64,000 nt of DNA from Lingula anatina (GCA_051362555.1 CM120648.1:17914587-17978586); one strand, 5' to 3'. Shown: positions 13,815 through 26,302, numbered from the stretch's first letter. The notes: generated from the letters alone by a model not told the origin. Program-made: numbers and translations.

Positions 13815-14002
13815 TGCGCCAGTTCTCCGTGCCAAAATGGCGGCACGTGTATCGACGGTACATCCGGAAGTCTGCACAACTATACCTGCGCTTGCGCAAC
13901 CGGGTTTGTCGGCGAGCACTGTGAAGTTCAACCAGTCAGCGTTACATGCGGCGTTCATTGGATAAGCGCGTGTCAGGGGGCGTATGGAAACGACCCGTGC
14001 AC
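13815..14002 (+). CDS. PAN-EGF-LCCL protein, exon 3 (EGF domain and start of LCCL)
   Basis: Acceptor ttttcag. [31 protein letters not shown] is a canonical EGF repeat. Donor AC|GTAAGT (phase 2). Confidence 0.9.
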
Positions 14003-14509
14003 GTAAGTACCTGAGAAAACAGCATCTCTCTCTCTCTCTCTCTCTCTCTCTTTATCTCTCTGAGATTGTGACTAATTCTTGCTTGGAAGTTCATTTGTTG
14101 CTATGTTGTATTACAGAGGGTGTGAAGTACAGTAATTAGATAAGCTTAGAATTCTTCCAAATTTTTATGTCAGGTGATAAGTACATCACGATATTTGTCT
14201 TAACTTGCTTACATGTCGGTATATTTCCTGGGCCTGTGTATGTTAAAAAAAAAACAACATCCCACCCACATACATTTATTTACATTTTGTTGTGTGATTG
14301 TGCACCATTCTTCTACAAGTAGGTATGGCGATTCAACTCTTCACACGAGCCAGTCAAGGTTCTTCAAACTGATGACGCTTGAAAAGATCATGTTATATAA
14401 GTAGAAAGCCGCATTTAGTCTCTTGAGATACAAAATACTCCCCCCCCCCCCCACGCCCCCACGCCCAAGACAGCGGGTGTACTTAGTGATAATTCGATCG
14501 TCGTTACAG

Positions 14510-14573
14510 GGTTTCCTGTCCGAGCGGATGTATCAATTCTGGAAGCATCTGGGGCACGGGAGACTACACGGGG
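14510..14573 (+). CDS. PAN-EGF-LCCL protein, exon 4 (LCCL)
   Basis: Acceptor ttacag in phase 2. VSCPSGCINSGSIWGTGDYTG matches the LCCL CP.GC...WGT..Y motif. Donor GTAAGT. Confidence 0.88.
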
Positions 14574-14772
14574 GTAAGTAGACGTTGAGTGCAGAATTTT
14601 ACATTATTTAATTTAAAGAGGCATTTAAAGTAATATTTGTCACAAAACCAGACCAAAAGTTACGTTAAAATACCGAAGACGAAATTTAAGATCCCTTTTC
14701 ATGCTGAAAGTTATATTGTTTCAAGCGGTCTTTGGCTGTACCTAAAATCATCATATTTCAATATTTGTGAAG

Positions 14773-14903
14773 GATTCTGCTTTGTGCCGTTCCGCCATTC
14801 ACGACGGCCGCATTCCCGAGTCTGGTGGCGTCGCTACCGCAATCGGTCTGGGGGCGCTGCAGTCGTACGTCGGGAGCACACAGAACGGAATAACGACGTC
14901 GAG
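14773..14903 (+). CDS. PAN-EGF-LCCL protein, exon 5 (LCCL)
   Basis: DSALCRSAIHDGRIPESGG..SYVGSTQNGITTS matches the LCCL S.IC.AA.H.G and Y.GS..NGI.S motifs. Donor AG|GTAAGC (phase 2). Confidence 0.88.
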
Positions 14904-14918
14904 GTAAGCTGACATAAG

Positions 14919-15202
14919 CAGTGGCGGATTCAGAGGACCCCCCCGCCCCCATTCAGTTTCTGGAATATATATGTTAATTTTAAAATCACCAATATTTCCC
15001 TCTTGAAATTAGAATTTTGATTAGCTAAATTAAACTGTAGTTATAAACCGTACAAAAAGGCTTTGCTCTCCAAAGCACCAACAAATTTTCGGGGCACTAG
15101 AGCAGGCCCCGAGCCCCAAACCAAGGGGCGATGATAGGCTTCCATTCGAGGCCTGTCGTTCCGGACCCCCCCCCCCTTTAAATAACCCTGGATCCTCTAC
15201 TG
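14919..15202. mobile_element. Short TIR element (CAGTGGCGGAT..ATCCTCTACTG); partial copy at ~2208-2406
   Basis: Imperfect terminal inverted repeats. Internal sequence (caccaatatttccc..gctctccaaagcacca..cgaggcctgtcgttc.ggacccccc) is shared with 2208-2406. A related element lies at 40851-41018. Confidence 0.6.
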
Positions 15203-15724
15203 CGTAAGGATGCATTCTAGAATGCTGTAAATGTTCTGTGCGTGCGCTCATGCATGCGTGTGTGCGATACGACACTTAGGTAACCAGACATATGTGCCTG
15301 TATTGATGTAATTTTTTGGTGCGTGCGTGGGTGCATGTGGGTCACAGCATCAAGACGAAAAGACAGAAACTGCTCTCTGGTTTGTCGATGCGTGCATGGG
15401 CGTGTACATGTGTGGATGTGTGTGTGTGTGTGTTTTGCAGCATTGAGGTAACCTGACATAAATGCTGAGCTTTTTTGTAATCTCCGCGTTTGTGCAGGTG
15501 TGTCTGAGAAAGAGAGGGAGTGAGAGAGTGTGTGTATACAATTTATTTCATCCTCTGTGGGAGCGAGAGTTTTGTTTGTACTTGCGTGTTAGTATCATAG
15601 TGCACGTGCATCAGAGATTGTGAGGCATACACTTATGTTTATTTTGTTATGTAGCTGCTACTGCACCGCTACATGTAAATATATTACTTTAAGAATAAAT
15701 TGAAAAACTGGAAGCATTCAATTC

Positions 15725-16594
15725 TATGGGCGGCCAAAAGGGCAAAAATTCATGTCGTCGATTCAGTTATGTTTCGTTGATTCACTGCCTTCCCATCGAT
15801 TCAGTTTCAAGTTTAAACGATCCTGTCATAAATTCAACATCTACTTTCGTCAATTCAATTGTCAAACATTTCTCATCTATGGTGTATTAAAACCAATGCT
15901 GTCACTATTTTCGTCGATCGTGTAACTAATCTCGTCGATCGTCAAACTGTTTTCGTCGATCGTGTAACTATTCTCGTCGATCGTCTAATCTCGTCGATCG
16001 TGTAACTATTCTCATCGATCGTCTCATCGATCGATCGCCAGAGGGCGCTGCGGTAGCAACACGTGCTTCTGTGTGTCAATCACGCGGTAATTTTTAACTC
16101 GGCCAGCCATGGTCAGAGTTAAGCACAACTAGAAAATAATGTCCCTACAACAGAATATCTTTTAATTATTAACAACTAAAATTGAAATTGTTGAGAAAAT
16201 GTTCTTATTTCACTAGCAATCATTTTGTTGTCTGCCATTTTGATAGTCATGTGATAGGCCAATGTGCTACCGCAGCGCCCTCTGGCGATCGATCGATAAG
16301 ACGATCGACGAGAATAGACGATCGATGAGAATAGTTACACGATCGAAGAGATTAGTTGGACGATCGACGAGATTAGACGATCGACGAGAATAGTTACACG
16401 ATCGACGTAAATAGTGACAGCATTGGTTTTAATACACCGTAGATGAGAAATGTTTGACAGTTGAATTGACGAAAGTAGATGTTGAATTTATGACAGGATC
16501 GTTTAAACTTGAAACTGAATCGATGGGAAGGCAGTGAATCGACGAAACATAACTGAATCGACGACATGATTTTTTGCCCTTTTGGCCGCCCATA
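15725..16594. mobile_element. Foldback non-autonomous DNA transposon, IS3EU-like
   Basis: About 330-bp inverted arms starting TATGGGCGGCC and ending GGCCGCCCATA. Exact 6-bp duplication CAATTC at 15719-15724 and 16595-16600. TAY..RTA ends with a 6-bp TSD fit the IS3EU superfamily. Confidence 0.85.
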
Positions 16595-16807
16595 CAATTC
16601 CCTTCATGAGCACATATAATGGTATAGTTCTGAAAGATAACACAAAACTCAAATGCTTAGTTTAGCGTACCGTACGTACTTTAAGCAGGGAAATATACAG
16701 GTACATGTGCGAAAGCGAAAATATAAGCGTTTATTTGACAGGTAAAACACACGTATTTTGTTTTCTTGGACTCAGAGTTTGATTCACTTTCTTTTCTTTT
16801 TTTCCAG

Positions 16808-16844
16808 CTACGGCAGTTACGGCTCTTCTTTCCGATTTATTTAA
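16808..16844 (+). CDS. PAN-EGF-LCCL protein, exon 6 (end of LCCL, stop)
   Basis: Long polypyrimidine tract and ccag acceptor in phase 2. SYGSYGSSFRFI* supplies the terminal SF.F strand of LCCL. The six exons total 726 nt. Confidence 0.8.
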
Positions 16845-19321
16845 CAACTAACAGGAAGTTCAGACGACGACGTATCAAATATGGTTTTGAATATCTAACG
16901 AATTCCTACTTTCTGCCTATTTAACTGCACACAGGACCTATTTACAAAGATGTATGAAAAACTGACAACCTGCATCTGCACAGTTATGAACGGGAACCAC
17001 TTCCATTTAGACACCAAACATGTATATGACGTCATCCAAGTATGAGGAAGTGACGTCATGCGACAGAAACCATCGGCATTGATATTACCATTATTATTAA
17101 GAATACCATGACAACAAACTATAGGCACGGGCTGATCAATACTTGACATTTTGGGGGGATGGCATACAGCGCTATAAAAACAAGTAAAAAGGGATGATTT
17201 TTTTCTGTAATATTTATGGATCAGTGGCAAACAAACTACATGGTACGCGTTTTTCTGAAAAAAAAAATCATTTGGTAATATAAAAATGGTACATGCATAT
17301 TTCTGGGTGGGAGGGGGGGTGGGGCTGAGGAGGTGAAAAGAGAAGAAGGTCACGTGACCCCCTGGATACCCCCTTCTGAAACACCTGTGCTGAAATAAAC
17401 TACTGAAGTGGGGATTGATTTGGATATATTATTTGATAAATGATGACACCAACTAGGTATTGACTATGGTGCTCAGAATGCAGGGCTTGCGATACAATTC
17501 ACCGTTCCCTTTTTGCCTCAACTGTGCTTTTCATGCTGTGTAATTGTTGTTGTTTTTTATTTTTATTTTTGTAAAGAATGTATCATTCCTATTTAACTGA
17601 TGTTTACCAAGTTTTTTTTTAATTTCAACGTGATCATGCGCACAATAAAAGTTATTCAATATATTGTCGTATGGCTATACGTATCTCCGATATATTTTTT
17701 TCTTTTTAAGCTTAAAAAAACCAAAAATATTATTTTAGCTTCCTTGTCTGTATGGTCTATTGTTTACAAACCAAGAAGCGAATATTAAGGCTTTTTTTCT
17801 GTATATCATTTACTATTAATGCTGTTAAAAACAGATAAATAAATAAATTAAATTTTATGAGTTTCTCTTTAATAAATTAAAACAAATTAGTTTATGTATT
17901 GATTTACAAAAATGCTAGTAATATTTCAATGAATTGCGGTAATTAAAATACATGAAATATATTTTACCTTTTTTAGCACTTCAGGAGAGAGACACAAACT
18001 GTATATTTGACACATCTCTCAAATTTCAATTCAACAAGTAGAACACAGTATTTATAACACAACGTGTCTTTATTATATAAATATATACCAAAAATATGAA
18101 TACAACAATATAATAACAAACAAATAAATAAATGAATGAATAAACAGATAAACAAAAAAGCAAACAAGTAAATGTTAAATAAATAAATAAATAGATACAT
18201 AAATAAATAAACTTTATAAAGACACATCCTTTTATCACAGTTACGAGTTTTTCAAGAGGACTATATCTGATCAACATATCTCTGTAGCACTTCAGCCACA
18301 TAATAGGTGTACAGGTAATTTCCTTATTTCTGTCTGACAAATTTTTCTTAATTTTTGGCATCCAAGATTGACACTATTGCATCAATATTGAAATTAAAAT
18401 GAATTGATAGGTACTCATGTTAGTTTTTCTGCTATAGTGATATGAACTTTGGTTTCAAATAGTAAAAAAAATCATATGGAAAATTTAATTGCCTTTGCAC
18501 ATATTTTAATTTTTTTCTTCACAGATGAGGTATTTCTATAGTCCACATATCCTACACATGGTCTTCAGTACGTACGACAGACAAAGATTAAAATAATTGA
18601 TAGTTACCCATACAAATTTCGTAGCAATAGCAACATGTTTTCAGATAAAAGCGATTTCTTTTGCAAGTTCTCCAGCGCTAGCTGCTGACTCAATTGGCAA
18701 CAAAAAAGGCGTTAATCCACGACGTTGTTGCCCAGTGTAGCATAAAGACTCTACCTTAACCAGATAAACGAGCTGCAAATACCTCAACTAATGATACGAT
18801 CGATGCCACTACAGTGTGTAAATATTTACTTGCATGCTATAATAGTTTTCATAACCTACAACAACAGGATGTGCATAAACTTCCTGTAAGGGTATTAAGC
18901 TGCCGGATACACTAATTACAGTATCAACCGGTAGTTGAAAATAAATCACAATGCGCGATATTGAAAGTTACCATGACAACGGAAATATTCCCAAGACTAT
19001 CGTGACTATTTACTATTTATTGACTTACATAAGGGAAACTCTAATGATAACACAAACAATATCACAATAGTGGGATCGGGCTCTGCCAAGAAAGTCAAGA
19101 TGTTAGACACACACACGCACACACACAAGCGTCTCTTTTTGCTTTTATATATATATAATAGGAAAATATGATAATTTTACTATGATTTACAGGGATTAGT
19201 GAGAACTTAAAGAAGGTCACGTGTTTGTGTTAACTCGTGTTGCCTTAAATACTATATTTTACCTCTTTTTGGGGGAGAGGGTCCTAATTTACATCTGGTA
19301 CGTCCTCAACACGTGACGTCA

Positions 19322-20688
19322 TCAACACAGATCACCCGTTGATACAGCCGGAGACGAGTTCCCAGCTATGACGTCATCAAAGTAACTGCCATCATTGGCA
19401 GTGCTTTCTTCGTCCATATAAAAGTGCGGGGTTAGGATCAAGCCCCCTTTAGTTTTCACATCATTTTTTGTCTTGTCTTGCCACGTGACACAGCACTTCG
19501 GCTTTGGAGAGACTGCGAGGTCTGTGTCGCCATGGGAACTGTTCAGACCAGTGCCAAGAGGCCCCGGGGCAGTGTTTTCTGCGCTGTCAGAGCACTGGAC
19601 GCGTATTTGCAAGCAGCGCGTGCTTGATTTCGAGTCCTCAGCGAGCTCTTCAATGGCGTGAATATCAGAGTTCAGGGGCGCGTCTCTTTTTGCTTTCATT
19701 TTGGGTCTAGGCGTCCCCCCGCGTGGCATGTAGGCAAGCTTAAGCGAAGACAGGGTGGTGAATGTAGTCGAAGCATTCTCTTCGCTCTCTATGTTCACCA
19801 CTGCTGTACTGTCATGGCTCCTGTTTTGGCGCATCTGTTTCAGTAATCTGAACATTTCAATCCTCAAGTATTTGTTAAGATATCCATAGATGACAATGTT
19901 CAAAACACTCGAGCAGTGCGCGAGCAAGGTAGCAGTGGTAACAACCACGTCGTCTACTGTGTTACCGTACACCTGCAGGCCAGCTACTATGAAATAAGGC
20001 ACCCAACACGTGAGAAATGCCACTGCAATTAACAGTATGGTCCGAGCGGCCTTGCAGTCGCGCGATTGGCTGTACCGAGATGGCTCCGAGACGACCTCGC
20101 TGCTCGTGGTCTCCTGACTCTCGGCGTCTCCAAACACGCCGTCACTGATCTCTGCTCTGTCCACCGTGGGGACGAGGACGTCTGGGGGCTGGCGAGGGGA
20201 CACGTAGGAGGACTGGGGAACCGGATGGACCCTGTTGCTTCTCCTGGTGTGGCCTAATGCCACGTTAAATATACTACAGTAGCACCATATCATTCCTATG
20301 AGAGGCAGTATATAGCTGAATGAGGAGAAGAAGATGAGGTAGTTTAGAGAGGGCGTGGTGTTAGTCCAGGACAGAGTACAGGACAGAGCCTCTCTCTGAA
20401 ACCTGTATTCGCCCCAGTTAAACAGCGGAGGGATCGCGACAATGAGGCCAACCAACCAGCTCCAGACAAGCATGATGTTTCCACGTGTCTGCGTGAACAC
20501 AAACGGGTACCGAAGGGGGGCGATGATGTAGTAGTACCTGTCCAAGGAGACGAGGAGTAAGTTGACGGTAGAGGTAGAGAACAGCACTGTGGTGATGTAA
20601 CCCTGAGCCTGACACCACTCCGCCCCGAACGCCCACCCCTGTTCCGAGGCCGAGACGATCATAAACGGCATCACCAGCACGGCAAGTC
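19322..20688 (-). CDS. Class A (rhodopsin-like) orphan GPCR, GPR161/GPR101-like, coding exon 2 (TM2-TM7 and C-tail)
   Basis: Long ORF with W.FG..WC, LDRYY, ECL2 Cys, CWVPY and NIVIYGYLN. Acceptor tttcag at 20689-20690 in phase 1. Confidence 0.95.
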
Positions 20689-21192
20689 CTGAAATGGGGA
20701 AAAAAGTGGACACGTAAATCTTTAATCACCGCGTGCTAATTTTTGCATCCTTCTTTTTTGATATGATAATTTCATATATATTTAATATATCTCCCATTCC
20801 TATAATGTTTCCGCTTAAGAGATGTATAAAATGTATAAATCAGAGAAATAAGTGAGTACGCTGCGTTGCTCCAGGTTAAACGGGAAGTCCCTAGACGCTC
20901 CGCTATGTGTGGACATCACTGGGGTAATTAAAAGACAGCACAACTCGTTAACAGGTGTTTGTCGTCGCTTGTTAGCAATAACAGCTTTCCCCGCCAGGGG
21001 GTCTCTGTGCGTTGTTACAAAATTTCCTGTTTTTTTTTTGTAACGACTTGCAGTGACACCTGGTGGAGGCTAGGTTACGGCAAATATGAAACCTGCCTTT
21101 CATTACAATTTTAGAATTATACTAGTTGCTTTTTTTTTTTAATTTTATGCCATGTTTTACTTGTAAGAAATAGATAAGGTACACGAGGAAAA

Positions 21193-21532
21193 AAGACACC
21201 TACGTCACAGCAAGTGTAAACACATAACTACGTCAGAGCACGTGATAAGACACCTACGTCACAGCAAGTGTAAACACATAACTACGTCAGAGCACGTGTT
21301 AAGACTCACCTACGTCACAGCAAGTGTCAACACATAACTACGTCAGAGCACGTGTTAAGACTCACCTACGTCACAGCAAGTGTAAACTACGTCAGAGAAC
21401 GTGATAAGACTCACCTACGTCACAGCAAGTGTAAACTACGTAAGAGCACGTGTTAAGACTCACCTACGTCACAGCAAGTGTCAACACATAACTACGTCAG
21501 AGCACGTGTTAAGACTCACCTACGTCACAGCA
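21193..21532. repeat. 49-56 bp minisatellite containing the GPCR exon 1 donor site
   Basis: Unit starts at 21193, 21247, 21301, 21357, 21406, 21455 and 21511 (the real junction). Confidence 0.92.
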
Positions 21533-21730
21533 GGCCAGGTTCAACAAGAAGCTATTGGATACGGTGAGGAGATGCGGCCGCTTGTAGAAGACAGTACAGA
21601 TGAGGCAGTTAGTAATCAGAGCGCTGAGGAGAATTACACAGAGGATGGCGATCTCAGCTACCTTTCCCTCAGCACTCGGGGTCTCCGTGGCGTTGGACAT
21701 GGGCGAAAGGCTGCTGTTTGTAGCACTCAT
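21520..21730 (-). CDS. Class A GPCR, coding exon 1 (N-terminus, TM1, start of TM2)
   Basis: MSATNSS..IAILCVILLSALITNCLICTVFYKRPHLLTVSNSFLLNLACCDV, with N-glycosylation sequons and the LAxxD motif. Donor G|GTGAGT is phase 1 and matches exon 2. Confidence 0.92.
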
Positions 21731-22958
21731 GGTGTCTGTGATGTAACGTGCGCTAGATCTATGAATATGTGTTTTTCTCCGTTGCTCGCATGTTTGCGAT
21801 GCTCATTAGCCTTACTGAAGTTGAATACATGTCTACGTACGTCTCTTGGTTATGCAACTTTATCCCTGTTTTCTTCGGATCCTGAACTATTTGTTTCTAA
21901 TGCCTCAAAGATAGTAGAACGCTCTACTTCAAAGTGTCCTTCTGCGCTTGCAGTGTACAATTAGATATAAAATTTTCAAAGTTTGCCTTATTTTAGGCAA
22001 CTCACATAGAACTAAAATTTCGCTTTGGGCTATTCGAAGATGCTCGAGTTCTCCATTACTGCGACAAGTGTATAATGAGGCTCTGTAAACTGAGACTCCT
22101 TCTTTAGGATTCTTTGTTAATATCTGAAATGACACCTACGTCATTACTCCACATCTTGACCAATCGGGTCTCGTGTTATGCTGTTTACCGTCACGATGTG
22201 CGAAATAATTACCGCAAAACCCTTGCTGCCTTTGTCGCATCCTGTAACCAGCCCTGTAATAGAGAAAATAAAAAAAAAATAATTAAAAAAAAAAACATTT
22301 ACAGCAAGAAGTCTACTGCCTGATTAATGAAGCAAACAATTCAGATTTTTAATTCTTCTATACACTGTGCGTGTGGGCTTTTAACAAGCGACGCCCTTTT
22401 TGTCAAGATTGCAGCAAGTATATTGAATATATACTAGAATTTTTAAAAATTCTAGTATATTGAATATATACTAGAATTTTTAATAGTTCAACTAATGGTT
22501 TGCCCCATTACACTGAGTCTTGATGACGACAATGTGACCCAGAAATATGATTTTTAACATGCTCTTCTCTCTAGGTTTTTCACTGATACTTATTGACTTC
22601 ATTAGGCCCATGGCTCATTATTCCAGTAACGTAAACAGAATATGTTGTAAGAAAGGTCTATTAATCTTTTGGATTTTTGCCAATGTATTTGTTTTGTTTG
22701 GCTTATGTTGCTCTTTGAGCGCAGGGTTTTCGTACGTCACTGATGCTAATTATAATATATTAAAATTATAATTAGTTATCCCGCACCTAGTGATGGGTTT
22801 TTGCAATAATACGAGGAAAGATTTGATAAATAACACATTATCATGCCGCGAAACATAAATGGGTTATTATGGTCATCAAAGATATTCCTTAAGCTTCCTC
22901 TCCAGCACTTGGATGTAATGGTCTGTGTTAATCTTCCCTTTGACCACCTGTATATATA

Positions 22959-23196
22959 CACACACTGGACAAAAGAAGTGTCACCCCTTTAATCAGAGAA
23001 ATCAAAGTTATAATGCCTGGTCTACTTATAATGTGACTGATGAGTATAAAACCGCTATACCATGGAATTGTATTGTTGGTCTTTTTGTGAAATTTGATGT
23101 TAATAAAATGATACCAGGAGCATATCATTCCACAGTTATTTATCTCCCCCAAAGTATTGGTTCAGAAGGGGTGACACTTCTACTGTCCAGTGTGTG
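22959..23196. mobile_element. Tc1/mariner-type MITE
   Basis: TIRs CACACACTGGACAAAAGAAGTGTCACCCCTT / AAGGGGTGACACTTCTACTGTCCAGTGTGTG, with TA on both sides. Confidence 0.85.
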
Positions 23197-23783
23197 TATA
23201 TTGTTGAAAAGCAAATAACTTACACTTTCAATAATTACAGATAACAATTAAAACGGAATCAAATGTGCAAAACGTATAGGGAGTTATTGAGTGCAAGTTA
23301 AATTTCTTTAAGAGTCAACAAGTGTGGCAATTGTTCTCGTAGTAGGAAAAGATGGAAAATTTCAAAGTCACATATAGTTCGATTTGATTGGTTGATTTCT
23401 GAATAGATTTGCAAGTTTCTAACAAGTGTAAAACACATGCAAACTTATGATGGATAAGGTCCCAGCATGAGTAATCCAAATAATATTTAAGATATCTTTA
23501 ATTGAAAACAAAATTCCTTGTAATCACTCAAAGACAATGGGAAGAAACACCAGGTAAACGCATGATCAGTACGGATAAATAGAGCTGAAATACTTGTGAA
23601 ATTGTGTGAAAAAGGCTGTCGGTGAATGAAATCTCCATATCGTTGTCGTTATTCCTCATTATAACACTATTTACTAGCTGATACCAGTCACATTAATCAC
23701 TGAACCATGATAAGAGATTAATGTACATGATTTAAAGAATCTCTTATACTATAGTCTTTGTGAAAGTCTTTTTTCCACACTGA

Positions 23784-23829
<46 letters not shown>

Positions 23830-23844
23830 GAAAGGAAAAAAATA

Positions 23845-23913
23845 GAACCAAGTGGGAATCGAACCTCCTCCGCCGTGTTTGGGAGCCTAGCACGCTACTA
23901 CTGGACGTCACCA
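23845..23913 (-). repeat. tRNA-like sequence (SINE head or tRNA-derived repeat)
   Basis: The minus strand carries a B-box/T-arm-like GGAGGTTCGATTCCC preceded by a weak A-box-like region. No full cloverleaf. Confidence 0.4.
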
Positions 23914-24328
23914 AATGCTGCCATCTGATGTAGTGTTATTGACAATATATGATATCTGTCACACATGCCGCAGTTTTACGGAAATTACCGAAGGCTAGAA
24001 AATGCCTTCAAAATATACTTTTAACAGATATAATCAAATCTAAAGTACGGGCACTATCTTTCCACTCCCCTTATGTATTGCTAACACCTTTCAGTTGTCA
24101 ACAGAGCTTTCTAGTTTAGAAGAAAAACGTGAAAAGGAGACTGCGAATGATCTGCTATTATTATATAGATTGTAAGAAACTAAGTATTTTTGTCGGTGTG
24201 CTGTTTTTGTTCACATTCATGTTCATTGGCGCGGTAAGTATCGCTATAAAATAGAAAACAAAGAATGGATTAAAAAAAACGGATTATAATCCTCACCATT
24301 TCTCAATTGCTTTGATGCAGTACAAAGT

Positions 24329-24366
<38 letters not shown>

Positions 24367-24499
24367 CTTTATTGAAATATTGCAACCCGAAGGTTGAAGT
24401 TATACATATATAAATATATACTTTTTTATTTTATTTATTTTAAATCAAATTTATTTAAATCTGAGAAACCTGATTATTTTTGGCCATGTTGCACTCTAT

Positions 24500-24602
24500 A
24501 GTCGCTCTCACCTCCCTTGGGAGGATGCAGCCCGGCTGCCATATTAGGCGCTCTGAGCTAACCAACGATTCATTTCACCACTGCCAGACCAGTCCCCTGC
24601 TT
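24500..24602 (-). mobile_element. Probable fragment of a conserved-core SINE
   Basis: ctcccttgggaggatgcagccc..ggcgc resembles, from memory, the reverse complement of the GGCTGTATGCTCCCCAGGGAG core of invertebrate SINE superfamilies. Not verified by search. Confidence 0.35.
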
Positions 24603-25626
24603 CAAAAATTGGTTTATATATTCATAAGCTTGTAAGAAAGTTGGATGTATTAAGTTGGATTACTATCAAGGTACGAAAAAGCACTAATGAATCTGCATAA
24701 TATATCAATTATAAATATGGTATGGATAATTGGACGGTTTTGCCAGATTAAATGCCAAATGTGTCGTGCACGATGACGAACGTCGTGCTATTGCGCAGTA
24801 CGCGTATGTATTCAATTAAACCGAGGTGATAAATGTTCGCGAAGGGTTCCAATTAAATGCGGTTTAATGTGACCTTGACCTTTGTACCAGAACGTTTAAT
24901 ATCCCTGGATGTGCCAACAATATTAATCTTATCGCCAGGAGTTAACCTATCCATGGCCGTGAAGAATTTTATTTTATGTTCCAATTTTTTTTCTATTTTT
25001 ACTGTTGAGAGAGAACCATCCTTTTAACACATGCAATAACGGGAGTTGCTGAAATTCACAAACGTATAACTCAGTGGTACTTTATACATTGTAATTTTGC
25101 CTACGTTTCCAAATACCCTGTTGATAAAAAGGGAAAAAAATAATACCTGAAAAGACATTTATTTCGCCTTTTAAAGGCCTCGCAATGTGAATTGACGCTT
25201 TTCCAGTGATTGATAACGAGCTGATGATTATTACCACATGATAAAAATAGCACATGGATACAAACTCTATTGATTAAAAGAACTGCAGTGCAAAGGACAT
25301 ACATACATTCTTAAATCATGCAGTTCCATAATGGTAGATGGTTTTTCTATGGCTCTATACCTGGCTATTTGTTAAATAATCCTACGTCAAGCTCAGTGGC
25401 TAATTGCCCTTCAGGCAGACCGATCCTTACGTACAACCGATCTGAAAAAATTCTGGTTCGGTTTGGACAATATTGAATGTGAAATTCCTTATTTCATCAA
25501 TTACTAGTGCTTTTAATTTTCAAACCTTCCATATAGTCTTTTTTTGTACCGAACGTCTTCGTAATGTTTGATGCACAAACCTACGCTACGCTGACTAATA
25601 CACAGATATGCATGGAGAGTACTGAA

Positions 25627-25738
25627 AGGGATCATACCTGTTCATTTTGGTAAAAAAAAGATTTTCCTGGATTAAACGACATTTTCTCACACTTACAAGC
25701 ACCAGAATCCGTTCCGACATTTTGAAGTAAGCCCCTCC

Positions 25739-25785
<47 letters not shown>

Positions 25786-25980
25786 TGTAATGATCACTTA
25801 AGAGGTTGGTATAGCGGGTGGCCATCTATTTAGGATACGTGGTCTGATGGCAAGCACAGATTCCAGAATAATAGTGATAACCACCGAATTGGTGGTAAAC
25901 GAGTTTATCATATTTCTTTGAGTTATTTATAATCTATTTATTGTGAAATATGGATATCATACGAAGTTTTGTTTTCCCTT
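25627..25980 (+). mobile_element. Decayed copy of the Kolobok-like element at 43644-43982
   Basis: Shares agggat..ttttggt.aaaaaa.gattttcctgga.taaac at the start and tattgtgaaatat.gat.tcatacgaag..ttccctt at the end. Confidence 0.55.
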
Positions 25981-26302
25981 TGATATAAAAAAGCAACAGA
26001 AACGAACCAGTCTATATGTGGTCGCCTTCCAGGGAAAATGAAAATAAGAAAAGCCCCTCACCTCTGACTCACAGAACCGTGCTAAAATCTTGGCCAGACG
26101 AATGCTTCACGTAAACTAGGAATCAGTTACAATATTTAACAATATCCAACGGATTTGTTAATTCCGGAGTTCGGATCCTAAATTTTGAACAGCTCAGAAA
26201 ATTGTCCCAAATTCACGATCTCCGACACAGCTTCTCGATCGAGCAGGGACAAGGTGGCGTTTTAACTAGCTGCTCGAGGAGGCGAGGCACGCCATTCAGT
26301 TA

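Noticed and set aside
20689-20713. ORF-track start MSTFFPISG of the 463-aa GPCR
   Set aside because: This is intron sequence upstream of the acceptor. TM1 is encoded by exon 21520-21730.
19322-21730. Opsin or biogenic amine receptor assignment
   Set aside because: It lacks Lys7.43 and Asp3.32.
21401-21964. 187-aa + strand ORF
   Set aside because: Antisense shadow of GPCR exon 1 plus the minisatellite.
23845-23913. Functional tRNA gene
   Set aside because: Only a B-box/T-loop is recognisable. Acceptor and anticodon stems do not pair convincingly.
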